DNA of 64,000 nt from Lama glama (GCA_028534125.1 CM052817.1:45076001-45140000), one strand, 5' to 3'. Counted from the stretch's first letter, positions 1-14,166 are shown. Notes: a model not told the origin generated them from the sequence alone. Numbers and translations: made by a program.

Positions 1-364
1 TCCAGGAGCCAGGTCTGCAGAAGCTGGGGGAAGACCATTCCTACTTCTCTTGATAGCTACCTAATTTTATTTTGTGTGAAGTAATAAACAGAATGATTTC
101 CTTTAACATAATTACCATTGTTTCCAGGTAAAAGTTTGTGTGATTGTGTACACATACACACACACACACACAGGTTTATATGCTGCCATGAAATTTGGGC
201 TTCATCGTTGAAAACTAGATGCCAGTAAAATCATTCTTTGCCCACCAACCTGTCTCCCCCATCAGCTTGTAAGATGGGAAAGAAACAAGATTTAAGGAAT
301 TAAGAAAGTGGCTCTGGAGCAGCAATTTGAGTATGTACTTATTGTTCCTTCCTCATCTCGGCAG

Positions 365-441
365 ATAAAGGCTGGTGGTGGGAGAATGTGATCGCTGCCC
401 TGTTTCAGAGACACTCCCTGATCAGCTGGCTCATCCGCACT
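365..441 (+). CDS. NAAA: NAAA coding exon (about exon 5): (D)[25 protein letters not shown]
   Basis: cag acceptor at 362-364, gtgagt donor at 442; peptide matches NAAA; ends in phase 0, matching the next exon. Confidence 0.93.
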
Positions 442-600
442 GTGAGTATATTTGCTGTCGAGCTCTCCTCACCCTGATGTCATCTCCCAAACTGTGTTCA
501 TGTTGTGATGCTTGGTGTCATTTTAACAGTGTTGTTTTCAATGTAAGAAGCTCCTGATAAAAATAAGCAAATAAAGGTTTGCAAAATGCATATCACCTCT

Positions 601-1072
601 CTTAATAAGGATCAAAGAACAAGCAGGACACTAGTTCAAGTGGTAAGAACAGATTTTTATCAGTAGGATAATATTGCAATAGGGAAAAGTGTCCAGTGTG
701 AACGGAACTCAAACTTCAATTTGTACAGAGGTGACTGGGTGTTTTAAAGGGACAGTGAGGAGAGCACAGTAGAGTTGGAAGTGGAAAAGTGGAAAGGAGG
801 GTTTGTCCATATGAAGAAAGTCAGTCTCCTGCCCTCCGGCAGAGACTGCTGGGACACATATCTCCAGGTATGGGCTGAATTCTTTGGGAAGCCTTGAGTT
901 TTTTCCGGCAGACACTATAAGGCAGGTAGGGTCATCTTAGGGATGCGGCCTTGAGCTCTTAGAAGCTATGATAGTCTTTGTCCAAGTCTTTATATGTTAA
1001 GATTAAGGCATAGTTGAGAAGAGGGCTCTGAGTAGCCTGGCTTGAATTTGGCGAAGGAGAGGATTTTTGTCA
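601..1072 (-). mobile_element. Old ERV1-type LTR fragment
   Basis: Recalled resemblance to eutherian MER-class LTRs; TGACA start on - strand; boundaries approximate. Confidence 0.45.
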
Positions 1073-1106
1073 TAGGCTAGAGTTTTCTTATCTCAATAGC
1101 TGATTG

Positions 1107-1487
1107 TTAAAGTAAGATAAAGACAAACATATACTACTTATACGTGGAATCTAAAATATAGTACAAATAAACTTATTTACAAAACAGAAACAGATTCACA
1201 GACATAGAAAACAAACTTACTGTTACCAAAGGGGAAGGGGGGAGGGATAAATTCAGAGTTTGGGATTAGCAGATACAAATTAATATATATATAATAGATA
1301 AATAACAATGTCCTACCATATAGCACAGCATACTATATTCAATACCTTGTAATAAAACATGATGAAAAAGAATATGAATAAGAAATATATAACTGAATCA
1401 CTTCATTGTACACCAGGAACTAACACTATAATTCATGATACTTAAGAAAAAAAGAGGTAAAAATAAATTTAAAAAAAAAAACAAAAA
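1107..1487 (+). mobile_element. 5'-truncated L1 3' end with polyA tail
   Basis: L1 3'UTR motifs; TSD aatagctgattg (1095-1106) / aattgctgattg (1488-1499). Confidence 0.85.
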
Positions 1488-1874
1488 AATTGCTGATTGA
1501 GATAAGAGATAATATGCTTTTCTATATAGATGTGCCCTTCTTTTAGAATCTTCAGTTGCAAAATCTTAATCTCAATTTGCAAGTATCTGCATTAGCAAAA
1601 CAAATACATTAGAAGGTAGCTCTACACATAACAAAAGGAACACCTGCTACCCATGCCCGTTAGCACAGTTCCAGGCCACATATAAATTGTAATCTGACCA
1701 TAGAAAGCAGGAGCACATCTCTGGTACAGGAATCTGGCCCTGTCCAGCTTTGGCCTTTTGGGCCATCCCTTGTCCGGCTCTAAATGATGAGGCCCCTCTG
1801 GACTTGGAGTTCTCGTAACCTTTTTACTTGAATGGTCCCTAAAGATGTTGACAAACTATGCATCCTTCACAAAT

Positions 1875-2820
1875 TTTTTTTTAATTGAAGTATAATCAGT
1901 TTGCAATGTTGTGTCAATTGCTGGTGTATAGCATAATGCTTCAGTCATACACATACATATATTCATTTTCATATTCCTTTTCATTAGTGGTTACTACAAG
2001 ATATTGAATATAATTCCCTGTACTATACAGAAGAAATTGTTGTTTATCTATTTTATATATACTGCTTAATATCTGCAAATCTTGAGCTCCCAATTTGTCC
2101 CTTCCCTCCCCTCTTCCCCCTGGTAACCATAAGTTTGTTTTCTATGTCTATGAGTCTGTTTCTACTTTGTAGATAAGATCATTTGTGGCTTTTTAAAAAA
2201 TTTTAGATTCCACATATGAGTGATATCATATGGTATTTCTCTTTCTAGCTTACTTCACTTAGGATAATGATCTTCAGGTCCATTCATGTTGCTGCAAATG
2301 GCATTATTTTATTCTTTTTTATGGCTGAGTAGTATTCCATTATATAAGTATACCACAGCTTCTTTATCCAATCATCTATCGATGGACATTTAGGTTGTTT
2401 CCATGTCTTGGCTATTGTATATAGTGCTGCTGTGAACATTGAAGTGCATGTATCTTTTCAAATTAGAGTCTCCTCTGGATATATGCCCAGGAATGGGATT
2501 ACTGAATCATATGGTAAATCTATTTTTAATTTTTTGAGGAATCTCCATACTGTTTTCCATAATGACCACATCAAACTGCATTCCCACCATCAGTGTAGGA
2601 GGGTTCCCTTTTCTCCACAGCCTCTCCAGCATTTACTGTTTGTGGACTTTTGAATAATGGCCATTCTGACTGGTGTGAGGTGTTACCTCACTGTAGTTTT
2701 GATTTGCATTTCTCTGATAATTTGTGATATTGAGCATTTTTTCATGTGCCTATTGGCCATTTGTATGTCTGCATTGGAGAATTGCTTATCTAAGTCTTCT
2801 GCCCATTTTTGGATTGGGTC
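1875..2820 (-). mobile_element. L1 3' fragment (ORF2 C-terminus and 3'UTR)
   Basis: Antisense L1 sequence; TSD cttcacaaattttt / cttcacacattttt. Confidence 0.88.
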
Positions 2821-3164
2821 TTCACACATTTTTAAGATGATTTCTAAAATGTTTCATCATAAGATTAAAAACCTGCAAAAAATCCAGTGTATTGTAATAT
2901 GTTGACATTTAAAAATAAAACTATAATTTAAATCTATCCAGTGGAATCTAAACATGAAAATGATTTTTTTAAAGGAGAATGACGTGAATAAGACTGAGAA
3001 AAGTTTCATATATTTAGCTATTAGCATGTGATTGTCAATTTTCTATTGGAAAAAAGATAAATTCAGCCAAGAAAATGCATTTGGCAGGTTGTGCAGAGAT
3101 TTCTCAAGAGGACACCTAAATGAAATATTGCAATTTTTCTTTAGGTTAAACTATCAATTAAAAA

Positions 3165-3730
3165 AAAGTTGAAGTATAGTTGCTGGACAGCATTATATAA
3201 GTTACAGTTGTACAATATAATGAGTCACAATTTTTAAATGTTATACTCCATTTAGTTATTAAATATTGATATATTCCCATGTTGTACAGTATATCCTTAT
3301 AGCTTATTCTATTTATTTTTTAATTAAAGTATAATTGATTTGCAATGTTGTGTTAGTTTATAGTGTACAGCATAGTGATTCACTATACATATGTATATCT
3401 CATGTTCTTTTTCATTATAGGTTATTAAAAGTTACTGAATATAGTTCCCTTTGTCATACAATAGGCCCTTGTTGTTACATAGTAATTTGTATCTGCTAAT
3501 CCCGAACTCCCAATTCTCCCACCCCCTTTCCTCTTTGGTAACCATAGGTTTGTTTTCTATGTCTGTAAGTCTTTCTGTTTTGTAACTTTGTTTTTGTCAT
3601 TTTTTTAGATTCCTCATTTAAATGATATCACTTATTTGTCCTTCTCTGTCTGACTTAGTATGATACTCTTTAAGTCGTTCCATGTTGCTGCAAATGGCAT
3701 TATTTCATTTTTATGGCTGAGTAGTATTCC

Positions 3731-3775
<45 letters not shown>

Positions 3776-4705
3776 ATACATACATACTTACCACGTCTTC
3801 TTTATCCATTCATCTGTTGGTAGACATTTAGATTGCTTCTAAGTCTTGGCTGTTGTAAATAATGCTGCCTTGTAGCTTACTTTATACCTAATACTTTGCA
3901 CCTCTTACTCTCCTTCCCTTCTATTGCCCCTCCCCCTTGCCTTTTCCCAAAATGATTTTAAAAAAATTTTAGATATAATTTATACAATGAAATGCAGAGA
4001 TATTAAGGGTTTAATTCAGTGTGTTTTGACAATTGTACACACTCATTTATCCATCCATGTAACCACCAACAAAACAAGATACAGAGCATTTCCACATTTC
4101 CATGGAATCTCCCTAGTGCTCCTTTCTAGTCAATTTCCAGCCTCCTCTGACACCCAGCCTCCCTACCAGGAACCACTCTTTGACTTCTGTCACTACAGAA
4201 AGTTTTGCCTATTCTAGAATTCATATAAATGAAATCATAGTACATGGACGCTTTTTCTTTCACTCAGTGCAGTGTTTTTCAGATTCATCCAGTTGTTTGT
4301 ATCACTCGCTCATTCCTTTTTGTTACCAAAGAAGATTGAATTATATGAATATGCCACAATTTATTCATTTTCCTGTTGGTAGACTTTCGATTGTCTCCAG
4401 TTTGGAGCTGTTTGAATAAAACTTCTGTAGAAATTCTTGTACAAGTCTTTTTGTAAACATGTATCCATTTCAGTTGGGTAAGTATTTAAGAGTGGAATTG
4501 CTGGATCATAGGTAGATGTATATTTAATTTCAGTAACGCCATACAACTCACATACAATACAGTTCATCTATTTAAAGGATACAGCTCGCTGGTTTTTAGT
4601 ATATTCACAGAATTGTACACCCAACACTACAATCAGTTTTAGAACATTTTCATTCCCCTAAAAAGAAACCCTGTATCCATTAGCAGTCAATGCCCCTTTC
4701 CTCTG
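3165..4705 (-). mobile_element. Cluster of nested and adjacent L1 fragments
   Basis: Repeated antisense L1 3'UTR motifs; one copy interrupts another near 3305-3870. Confidence 0.75.
3733..3773. repeat. (TG)20 microsatellite
   Basis: Direct reading. Confidence 0.97.
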
Positions 4706-6009
4706 ATCCCTGAGATAGATGAGGTACCTGTCTTGCCCTGAGTCTGCCACTTGGGTGAATGAAATCAGTCACCACTGCCTTTGGTATTTCTTACCAATGT
4801 TCATTTGCTTTGTTCTCGATAGAATTCTGTTAGAGGCAATGAATTCTTTGATGATAGTTGGGGGATGCTATAGTGAATATAATTCATAAAAAAAGTTTCA
4901 TCACTCCTGTTGCCTCACTTACAATTTTGCTGAGTTCACAACAAACACCCCAAACACTGAAGTCTAAACACCCCATCCTAACAGCAGTATGTGTAAGGTG
5001 AGGAAAAGTCCACAAAGTTTGCGGTGGTTAATAGTGTGTGGTGTTGAAATGGTACCTTTGCAGACACCGATTTTTTATATCATTCTTTTGTCTGACCCTC
5101 TCCCCACCCTCACCCTGGACATTGAGTCTTGGCAGTATTCAGCCATCCTGCTCACCCATCCTGTACTTTCAAAAAGTGGTAGAAGAGCAATGGTGAAGGT
5201 GCAGGTGGGACAGGCCCTCTACCCAAGATGTTCTTGAGCAGATCAGCCTGAGGAAGGCGACACGTGGAAGCTGAGGATTTGGAAAATGATGCTCTTAACT
5301 ATCCCTGCTGCAGACCAGTGGAAGTGTTCAGGAAGCCCAGCTAAGCTTGCTGCTCTCCTGTAGCATGCTGTCTTTCATCTCCAACCCTTTGCCGATCTGT
5401 TCTACCAAGCTGCAGCTCCCTCCCCCACCCCACCCCCACCCCACCACTTTCACTGGTCTAACTTCTGTTTGTCTCTCTGACCTCAGCTCATGCGACTCCT
5501 CCCTGGGGATGCCTCCTCAATGGCCTGGTGAGGATGGGTTCGCCTGCTGCACTTCCCACAGCAGCTCCTTCCCCTGTGTTGACACTCATTACACTGTGTC
5601 ACCATTAGCTGTTGACTCTACTTCCATCCCTGGAAGTTTGGAGAGAATCAGGACTGGGTCCATCATATTCATGGCTCTGTCCCCACACCAGCACAGTGTC
5701 TAGCACATTGTTGGCATTCAAGAAATACCTGCTGAAAACACAAATGAACGGAGAAAATGGGGAGTCCTTTGTGAGGGTGACCTGCCTCGAAAGCGTGCAG
5801 CCCATGTTTGGTGAGCCGGGCCTAGAACTTGTCAAAGTTCTCTTCTTTTGTGAGAAAAATCCTGCTGCTTTTGACTTTCCATTGAGGCTTCCTCCATCTC
5901 AGCAGCCCTGATGATAAGAGGATGAGGTCAGAGCAGTTCAAGGCTGTAGCCATGACTTAATATAGCAGAATGTGCTTTGGGCCATCTGTCTATCAGTTGG
6001 TGTGGGTAA

Positions 6010-6228
<219 letters not shown>

Positions 6229-6371
6229 TAAGTAGACCAGTAGGCTCTGGTCATTTCGTTTCGGCAACTTTTTTTTTTAATTGGTGAAATTAGAGGCATT
6301 TTAAATTTTTATACTTTTTCTTTATGTCTCAAATGACCTTGAATAAGACAGGAGGATGTGTTCTGTTGCAG

Positions 6372-6434
6372 GTGGTTCCTAGTGGAGACAAATTATGACC
6401 ACTGGAAGCCAGTGCCTAAAGGAGATGACCGGAG
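6372..6434 (+). CDS. NAAA: NAAA coding exon: [21 protein letters not shown]
   Basis: gcag acceptor, gtagg donor; conserved ETNYDHW motif; phases consistent. Confidence 0.96.
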
Positions 6435-7213
6435 GTAGGCTCTGAACACTTTCTGGTTTGCAGTGTTTTCTAGTGGTCGGGAGAATGTGCCCCTCCTGCT
6501 GCAGGGACTGGAGAGGACTACAGGTGCTGTCCCCTCCCAGAAAATATACCTGGGCCCCCTGGCCAGTGCCTTAGCGAGGATGGAAGAGTGTAGTGTGTGG
6601 TGGAGAGCATGGCAGGGAGCTGCTTGGCAGCTGGTCGGTGTTGGGAGGATGAGGTTGGTTCTGGCCTCAGGGCCAGGAGCCACTAGCTTCCACCACTAGC
6701 TCTGCTGATGACTCACGGGGTGGCCTCTTGGGTCTCTCACCCACCTGTAAAAGGAAAGGCTAGAACTAGATTTGTGGTTTTCTATGTAGAGTTTTTTTAG
6801 AAAGAAAACATTTCCCATACTTAAATAAGTAAACAAACCAGTTGGGGGCTTTAATTTCCTTTCTAATTTTGAAAATCCTATCATTATAAGTCAGTGTGTC
6901 TCCAAAGAGCAAGTACTTATATCTTTTTCCTTGGCTTTACTGACCCATGTGTTTGGTAACAACTCTTCAGTTCACAGCAAACATTTTCATCATCCTGGAT
7001 TCCTTGAGCAGATGGGGCCACTGGGCCAGGCTGTTGAATTAACTCCACCGTGGAGGTCTGGGACTAGGCAGGAAACATGCATGGGGGCCAGAATCTGTTT
7101 AGGGAAGAGGGAGACAATGAGGCTAGGCATTGAATGGAGCCTCCGAAAATGAGAGCCGATGGGATTTAGGGTTTCTTGACGCGCCAGGTGACCTTTGACT
7201 ATTGTCCTTGCAG

Positions 7214-7280
7214 AACACCTGCCATCAAAGCCCTTAATGCCACGGGCCAGGCAAACCTCAGCCTGGAGGCGCTCTTCCAG
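7214..7280 (+). CDS. NAAA: NAAA coding exon: [22 protein letters not shown]
   Basis: cag/gtaac boundaries; N-glycosylation sequons NAT and NLS; in frame. Confidence 0.95.
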
Positions 7281-7659
7281 GTAACTTGTGTCACCACGTC
7301 TAGCTTTTACCCAGGATGTTGGGTGTCTTTGTCAATAGTGATTTAAAAAAAAAAAATTCTCCTCTGAAATCAGATGTGGTAGATAAAAATGTTAAAGTTT
7401 TACCTGGTTGAAAACATGTAAAAGAAAAGCCCAACGACCTTTTCTGAGCTTGTCACTGTGTGGGTTAAAGCGTCCATCTTCACCTGGGTGTTTCTGCATA
7501 TTAAAAAAAATGGTTTCATTGGAACGTATGTTTATTTATTTAAAAGAAAAAAGAGAAAAGATTCAAAAGTCTGTAACTCTGTCACCCCAAGATACACCAA
7601 AATGTTAAGTGGTTATTTTCTTCCTATAGATACTCTGCATGGATTTCTCCTTTCAATAG

Positions 7660-8245
7660 TTTTTTATTTATTATTGTTATTATTATTATTATTTTATTAA
7701 GGTATAATTGATATACAAGTTTCAGGTGTACAACATAGTGATTCACAGTTTTTAAAGATTATATTCCATTTATAGTTATTATAAAATATTGGCTCCATTC
7801 CCTGTGTTGTAAATATATCCTTGCAGCTTATTTATTTTATACATAGTAGTTTGTACCTCTTAGTCCTCTACCCCTATCTTGCCTTTCCCCTATTCTCTCT
7901 CCCCACTGGTAACCATTAGTTTTTTCTCTGTATTTCTGAGTCTCTTTCTCTTTTGTTATATTCACTAGTTTGTTTTATTTGTTAGATTTCACATATAAGT
8001 GATATCATTACAGTATTTGTCTTTCTCTGTCTGACTTACTTCACTTAGTGTATGGCCCTCCAAGTCCATCTGTTTTGTAGCAAATGGCACAATTTTGTTC
8101 TTTTTTATGGCTGAGTAATATTGCATTGTGTGCATATATTTTCTTTATCCATTCATCTGTTAATGGACACTTAGGTTACTTCCATATCTTGACAACTGTA
8201 AATAATGCTGTTGTGAACAGTGGGGTGTGTGTATCTTTTTGAATT
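7660..8245 (-). mobile_element. L1 3' fragment with (TTA)n tail
   Basis: Antisense L1 3'UTR; ends about 35 nt before the NAAA 29-nt exon. Confidence 0.85.
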
Positions 8246-8280
8246 TTTAATAGTCTTTTGATACGATTTTTCCTATGCAG

Positions 8281-8309
8281 GTTTTGTCAGTGTTTCCGGT
8301 TTATAACAA
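8281..8309 (+). CDS. NAAA: NAAA 29-nt coding exon: VLSVFPVYN(N)
   Basis: tttttcctatgcag acceptor, gtaagt donor; keeps the frame between flanking exons. Confidence 0.92.
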
Positions 8310-9612
8310 GTAAGTGACATGTTAAGCACATCTGTTCATACATCAACCCAGCACAGTAGACTCTCTCACACACTCCAGCTCAGCAGGGATCTGATGCGCC
8401 CTCAGAGCAGGCTTTCTAGGTGCTGTGGCTACAGCAGTGACAAAACAAAGTCTCTTCTCTCCTGGAACTAGTGTTCTACTGGTAGGGAGTGGGAAGGAGG
8501 CAGGGAGGGGCAGATAGACAAATGTATCCTGAGTCCGGTGGGAAGTCCATGGAGAAAAACAAAGGTAAGGAGGACAGAGTGATGGGGAAGGAGGAGGGCA
8601 TGGCGTGTTCATCCTAAATCCTGCCGCTAATTAGGAGACTGCCTTCTCAGGTTGTGGGCGCCTTAACTGCGCTGTTAGAACTAAACTTTAGGCTTTCCTT
8701 TATCTTCCCAGGGAGTTTTCTGCTACCTCTGTGCCCATTTCGCAGATGGTTCAGTACCTAAGTTAATGGTTCTCTTTTAGCCTGTGCTTTTGATAGTAGC
8801 ATTCTGGGAGCAATGGCTTCCTGGGTCCATAGGCTGGGATTTCTCTCTCTACATTTCTGAGGTGAACCACGGGGCTGTGGCTACCACTGCCATAGGAAGC
8901 TTAGTTACAGTCACCCCTAAACCTGTGCAGGAGGCCCTGAGGGTCCACGTCACCATCACAGCAAGGCTGAATAGGCCAACAGCCCCCTTTTCACGTCCCG
9001 TCCTCTTCGAGGTGTTGCCTGAGTGCCTCATCTTCCCCCAAGAGCAGCTCATTAGGAACCTTCTTTTACTTAGTGAGGTAGGGCTAAAATAAAAGAGGAA
9101 GCAAGTGAAGACAGTCTTATATCCTTCTTTTACTCCAATAAATCCCCAAACCCAGCTTTTCCTACTTTCACATCAGCCTCATTCCTTTCTCCAAAGACAA
9201 GAGTATCAAAGTGGTATTCTTCAAGAAATAGCCTAACACAGATGAAACTTGTAAAGTGACTTCTAGTCTCAAATACCCAACTGATTTTTTTTTCTTTGAA
9301 ATGATCCTCTTTTACTCAAATATAAAATAGCAGTTTTCCTGACGGCCGCTAGACTAACTTTTGTATATGGGTGCTTGAAGATTCCTCAGGTACAATGACA
9401 TTTTCAAAACTGGTGTTACTCTTTGCACTTTGCACCATAATAGGAATACATCCCTTAGAAATTTTTTTCTGTAAGTATGTCGTGATTTAAAAAAAAAGTT
9501 ATTGCTAAAAGATTAATTCCATAAACCATATTCTAACAGCACAATACAGGGAACAAATTAGTCAGAGTTTTCCTACTGTAACAAATGAGCTGCATGGGCT
9601 GCAGGTGGTACC

Positions 9613-9808
9613 CAGTGGTGTGCTAGGGAACTAGCTTTTTGAGGGCAGAGAGAGCAAGAACAAGACTCCTGATTTGTAGCATCTATGGATGTCCAAGGTT
9701 AAATGCTCCCACCTGGCCTATTTCAAGCTTACAGGTGGCTCATAAACTTCCTACATTTTAATCATTGACTCTCACCAGCCTGTAGGATTCAGTCCCAGCC
9801 CACCATTG
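9613..9808. mobile_element. MER63-like hAT DNA transposon
   Basis: TIRs cagtggtgtgctag ... ccagcccaccattg. Confidence 0.7.
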
Positions 9809-11470
9809 AGCCCTGCCAGTAGGGCACAATTTTGCCCTTTTAATAGTCATTTAAAAAATAGGAGCTAAAAACCTATTTTTGTGTTCTGACAGGTTTTAAA
9901 ATAGTTCTATAAATGATGAATATATCTTTTAAATATGAGTAGTATAATCAAATAGTTATTTGTTTTAATAAAGCTTTTTCCATGCTGTGAACAGCCCTTA
10001 CAATTTTAAAGGGCTGCATTATAGTCAATTGACTGTTGTAGAGTTGAGCTGAACATTTCACCAGTCATTAGTTTTTCCTCTGTTAAAACTCTGGAATAAA
10101 CACATTTGTACATTCCCACCCCACCCACCCTAACCCTGCTTTTGGATTGTTTTCCTTGGCTGAATTCCCAGAAGTAGGATTACTGAGTTAAAGGCTGTGA
10201 GTGTTTAAGTAACATCTGACATGTTTTGTTGAAATAGAATTGTTAAAAATTATGAACAGTTTACCAAGTAGCATTTTTCCCTATTGTATAATTGAAAACT
10301 CAAGAGGAAATGCATTGAAATGGTGATCACCACATGAGTCTGAATTAACACAGATCCCTGACTCTCAGGCCCTTTAGGCTAATGATTACCATCAACTAAG
10401 CTGTTCAGTGCCTGAGGTTAGTTGAAATGTCTGCACAGAAGCAGTTAATCTCTATGCTGCCCCCTTGTGCTGTGCTACAAAATTACACTCACCGGTAGTC
10501 GAACTCCATCCTCTGCTGTGGCAATAAGCAGAGAAAATATTAAAACAGTGATGGAGAACAGAATTATGAATAAGGTAGATGAGCAAGTGAGGTCCTGTTC
10601 AGGGAACCTTTGTGACCCTTGGACGAGCTCTGCACATGCTTATAGTGCTGTCTTCAGCCTGGTGTATGATTCAGCTGTGGGGTGCCAGCGCCTATTCCTA
10701 AACAAGCCCACTCTCGATGCTTTGAGCATGCATCCCAGCTGGTGTCCAGGGCAAGAGGTAGATGAAGGAGGGAAGGGAAGGAGCCCTCGTGTGTGTGTGC
10801 ATGTGCTCAAGTTATTCGGGCCTCTTGCTCTGCAGAATGTTGAATAAGTGACATTGTACTTTTCATCCTTAAATCTGGGTAGGCGGATCCCCTGTCTTGA
10901 TCCCTGAGCTTTAACCTCTAAAGCTCTGGGCTTCCTCGGACTCTCCCATGATATAAGTAATAGACTCAGAGTCTGGCCCAAGTGCCCAGGACCCTGGAAT
11001 TCTCAGCCTGAACAGCGCCAAAGCCACTTCCAGGGCCTGTGTGGCCCGCCTCCCTGGGTAGTGTTCCCCTGATGCTGTCGTGGGTGGACAAGGGATGCTG
11101 TTTGCTGGGGGTTGTGCATGAAGCCTAGATGCAAAGGCTGAGGTGTCTATGCACATGCCACGTGTAGAGTACGCAGAGCAAGGCTGAAGGCCAAGGCCGG
11201 CTCTCCCTCACTGCCACAATGTGGAACGCTGAGGAGTCTGAGAATTTTAAATTTGAACTTGGCCTTACAGTGTAGTCAAAATAGGAGGAAGGAACACACT
11301 TTATGTGATTGCTTGAATTATAACTTTTCAATATTCTGACACATATGTGGGTCTCTACTTGTATTCTTGTCCTAGGTCCCAAGTTTTAGGGAAAGGCTTG
11401 GGATTTTTTTCCCTTTTTGGAATATTAGAGAAAATGATGTGCATATTCAAATTCCTCTTATTATTTTCAG

Positions 11471-11546
11471 CTACACAATTTATACTACGGTAATGAGTGC
11501 TGCCAACCCAGAGAAGTACATGACCAGGATCAGAAACCCGGGTTAA
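11471..11546 (+). CDS. NAAA: NAAA last coding exon: [24 protein letters not shown]
   Basis: ttattttcag acceptor; TAA at 11544-11546; exon probably extends to the donor at 11580/11581. Confidence 0.95.
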
Positions 11547-12085
11547 AAGCAGGAGAGTGAAATTCACCTGTACTGTGAAGGTTTGCTAAAGTTTATTTTG
11601 GTGGAGGGGAGTGGGCAATGGGGAGAAGTGGATGTGTGCTGGTATTTCTCCTAGAAGATAGTAGCATCCTTAACATTTATACGTACATATTTTCTGGCAG
11701 GCATCTGGTGTATAGCTGTCATTTGTGTCAGGTTAATGTCACTGTTTGTTTGTATGAATTGTTTGTATGAAAGCTAGTCTTCTGGTGCCCAGTGCCCTTG
11801 GCCCCTTATTAAAACCTGCCCTCCGGGCAACCTATTACTTCTTTGCTTACACAGAGGGCAAATATCTGGTGAGACTTACGTATCTCCAAAGTAACAGGGA
11901 GGCAGGCCTGGCTCCTTTGCAGCATCAGACAGACACTGGAGAGCTGAGGACACTCACAGAATTTATTTCAGGCATCAGGGAGTCCATAGGTGAGAGGGAA
12001 GACGTGAGGATAAAAGCAGGAGTCCTTTCTGCTCTCCCTCAAATCGAACCTTCTCAGCAGCCACCTACCAACAGTTCACCTTTTC

Positions 12086-12477
12086 TTTTTTTAAGTTTAA
12101 AAAGTTTTTAAATTTTTTATTGAAGTATAGTTGACACACAGTGTTTCAGATGTACAGCAGTGATTCAATTATACGTATACATATATGTATTTTTTACAGG
12201 TTCTTTTCCATTGTAGGTTATTACAAGATATTGAATATAGTTCCTTGTGCTCTGCAGTAGGTCCTTGTTGTTGATTTTATATATAGCAGTGTGTATCTGT
12301 TAATCCCAAATTCCAAATTTATCCCCCTCCCTTTCCTCTTTGGTAACCATAAGTTTGTTTTCTATGATTGTGAGTCTATTTCTGGTTTGTAAATAAGTTC
12401 ATTTGTGTCATTTTTCTAGATTCCACGTAAGTGATGGCATATATTTGTCTTTCTCTGTCTGACTTCACTTAGTATGA
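12086..12477 (-). mobile_element. L1 3' fragment in the NAAA 3'UTR intron
   Basis: TSD tcaccttttc on both sides; L1 3'UTR motifs. Confidence 0.85.
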
Positions 12478-12600
12478 TCACCTTTTCCTATGACAAGGAT
12501 TTCCTGGAGTTTTTAAACCTAGAACCTGTTTGGCCATTCATTTATCGTGGGAATATTAAAAATCAGTGTTTGAATTAAGTGTATTTTTTTTCTCTTACAG

Positions 12601-12700
12601 ATGATTTTTTAACTGCAATTTTTGAAGAGCTGCACTTAAAAAAATAAAGTGAGAAATCATATTTTATTATGTGATCAGAGCTGGCTCCTTTCTCATTAAA
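12601..12700 (+). other. NAAA: Probable NAAA non-coding terminal 3'UTR exon with polyA signals
   Basis: Strong acceptor tttttttctcttacag ending 12600; AATAAA 12643-12648 and ATTAAA 12695-12700; 3' end approximate. Confidence 0.7.
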
Positions 12701-13336
12701 CTTTTCAACCTTGTAAAGTGGGAGCAGGAGGATCATGATGGAGCTTGTTTTGGTGAAGTGGGTAATAGGCGTTTTGCATTTGCTTTCCTTCATGGCTTAC
12801 CTTGAACTTCTCTTAGCTTCTTCTCTCCTGGCTTGAACAACTCCAAGATCACTGGTCCCGGGGGGCAAGCCATCTCCGCGGGCTTTATTCCCAGCTTCTC
12901 GCTGTTTCTGGTAGCTATGCTGTCATACCTCACCTGAGAAAGATGAGCGGGTAAGACCTCTTTGTCCATTATGAAGTGCTTCTGGAAGAGTCTGCCAACC
13001 TAAACAAAATTAACAACAGTTATTATTAAGCAAGAATGAGTTTATTTGGGAATAGCAGAGGAATTGCAATTCTGGACAAGCAAACTGTGGCAAACTGTAG
13101 GCAAGTGTGAGGAGCAAAGGGAAGGGTGGCTTTTATTCGGTTCTGGGAGGAAACTGGGGAGCGTTGTTTTGAACAAAAGGTCATTGGAGGAGAACAAGAG
13201 TTCAGGGTTGTTGCAGTTTCACATCGGTTACAAGTGATGGTCAGTTTGCCGTTACTGGGAAGCCTTTCTTCCTGCTGGCTGTACAAGCTGAGGCCAGGGG
13301 TAAGAACACTCCCTTCTCGGCGTCCCTACTCCATTT

Positions 13337-13478
13337 TTGTTTGTTTGTTTTTTGGCGGGGGTGGGGGGGTAATTAGGTTTTTATTTATTAATTTTTAATG
13401 GAGGTGCTGGGGATGGAACCCAGGACATCATGCACGCTAAGTACACACTCTACCACTGACCTACACCCTCCCCCAACA
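13337..13478 (-). mobile_element. tRNA-derived SINE, vic-1-like (camelid), inserted in the ERV 3' LTR
   Basis: A/B-box-like head on - strand; TSD actccattt 13328-13336 / 13479-13487. Confidence 0.8.
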
Positions 13479-14166
13479 ACTCCATTTAAAATCAGGTTTG
13501 CTTTATCCATTTTCACACTTCTCTGTTTTGCTCAAGATCTTTCTCGAAAAACATCTCTGATGCAGCATCAGGTTGTTTATTTTGGTTGAAATGTTTTTGC
13601 CTGTGTGTGTCCCTCAGGGCTGGGAGGGAGCTTTCCTGGGAGTTATGCTGAGGGGGAAAGAGCAAGTAGCATTTGGAAACCACAGGGGCCACATTTGAGC
13701 AAGGAAGGTAATAGGAAGGGGGCTCAGGCATCTCCCAATCTTAAGTTCATGTCTTCTCAAGGTTGTAAGCCTTGGAGATCATCTCAAAGCGTTGAGCTAA
13801 CATCACATCATTCTATTTGGTGCATCATTTCTGAAGATATTTGACAGGCAAAAGATACAAAGTTTAAAAATGATTTTGCAAAGCAAAATTAAAAGTAATA
13901 TGACAAATCCAGTTTGGATAACTGTCCTGAACTATGAATCTAGGCTTGAAGGCGGCCAGCTGAACAGATTGAAGGACCATGGGCAATTGGATGAAACTTG
14001 TAACCAGTGTACTCGTTTCCTGATTTTATGTAATTGAGTTTCTTTCTCCCCAGGGGAATTTATCCATGTGCAACAAGCAGTGTTTCCTGCCAGCATATAC
14101 TACCTTGTTCTGCTAGGAGGTAGCCAAGGGCAATTTGGTTATTTATTACCACTTTAGCTAAGGAAT

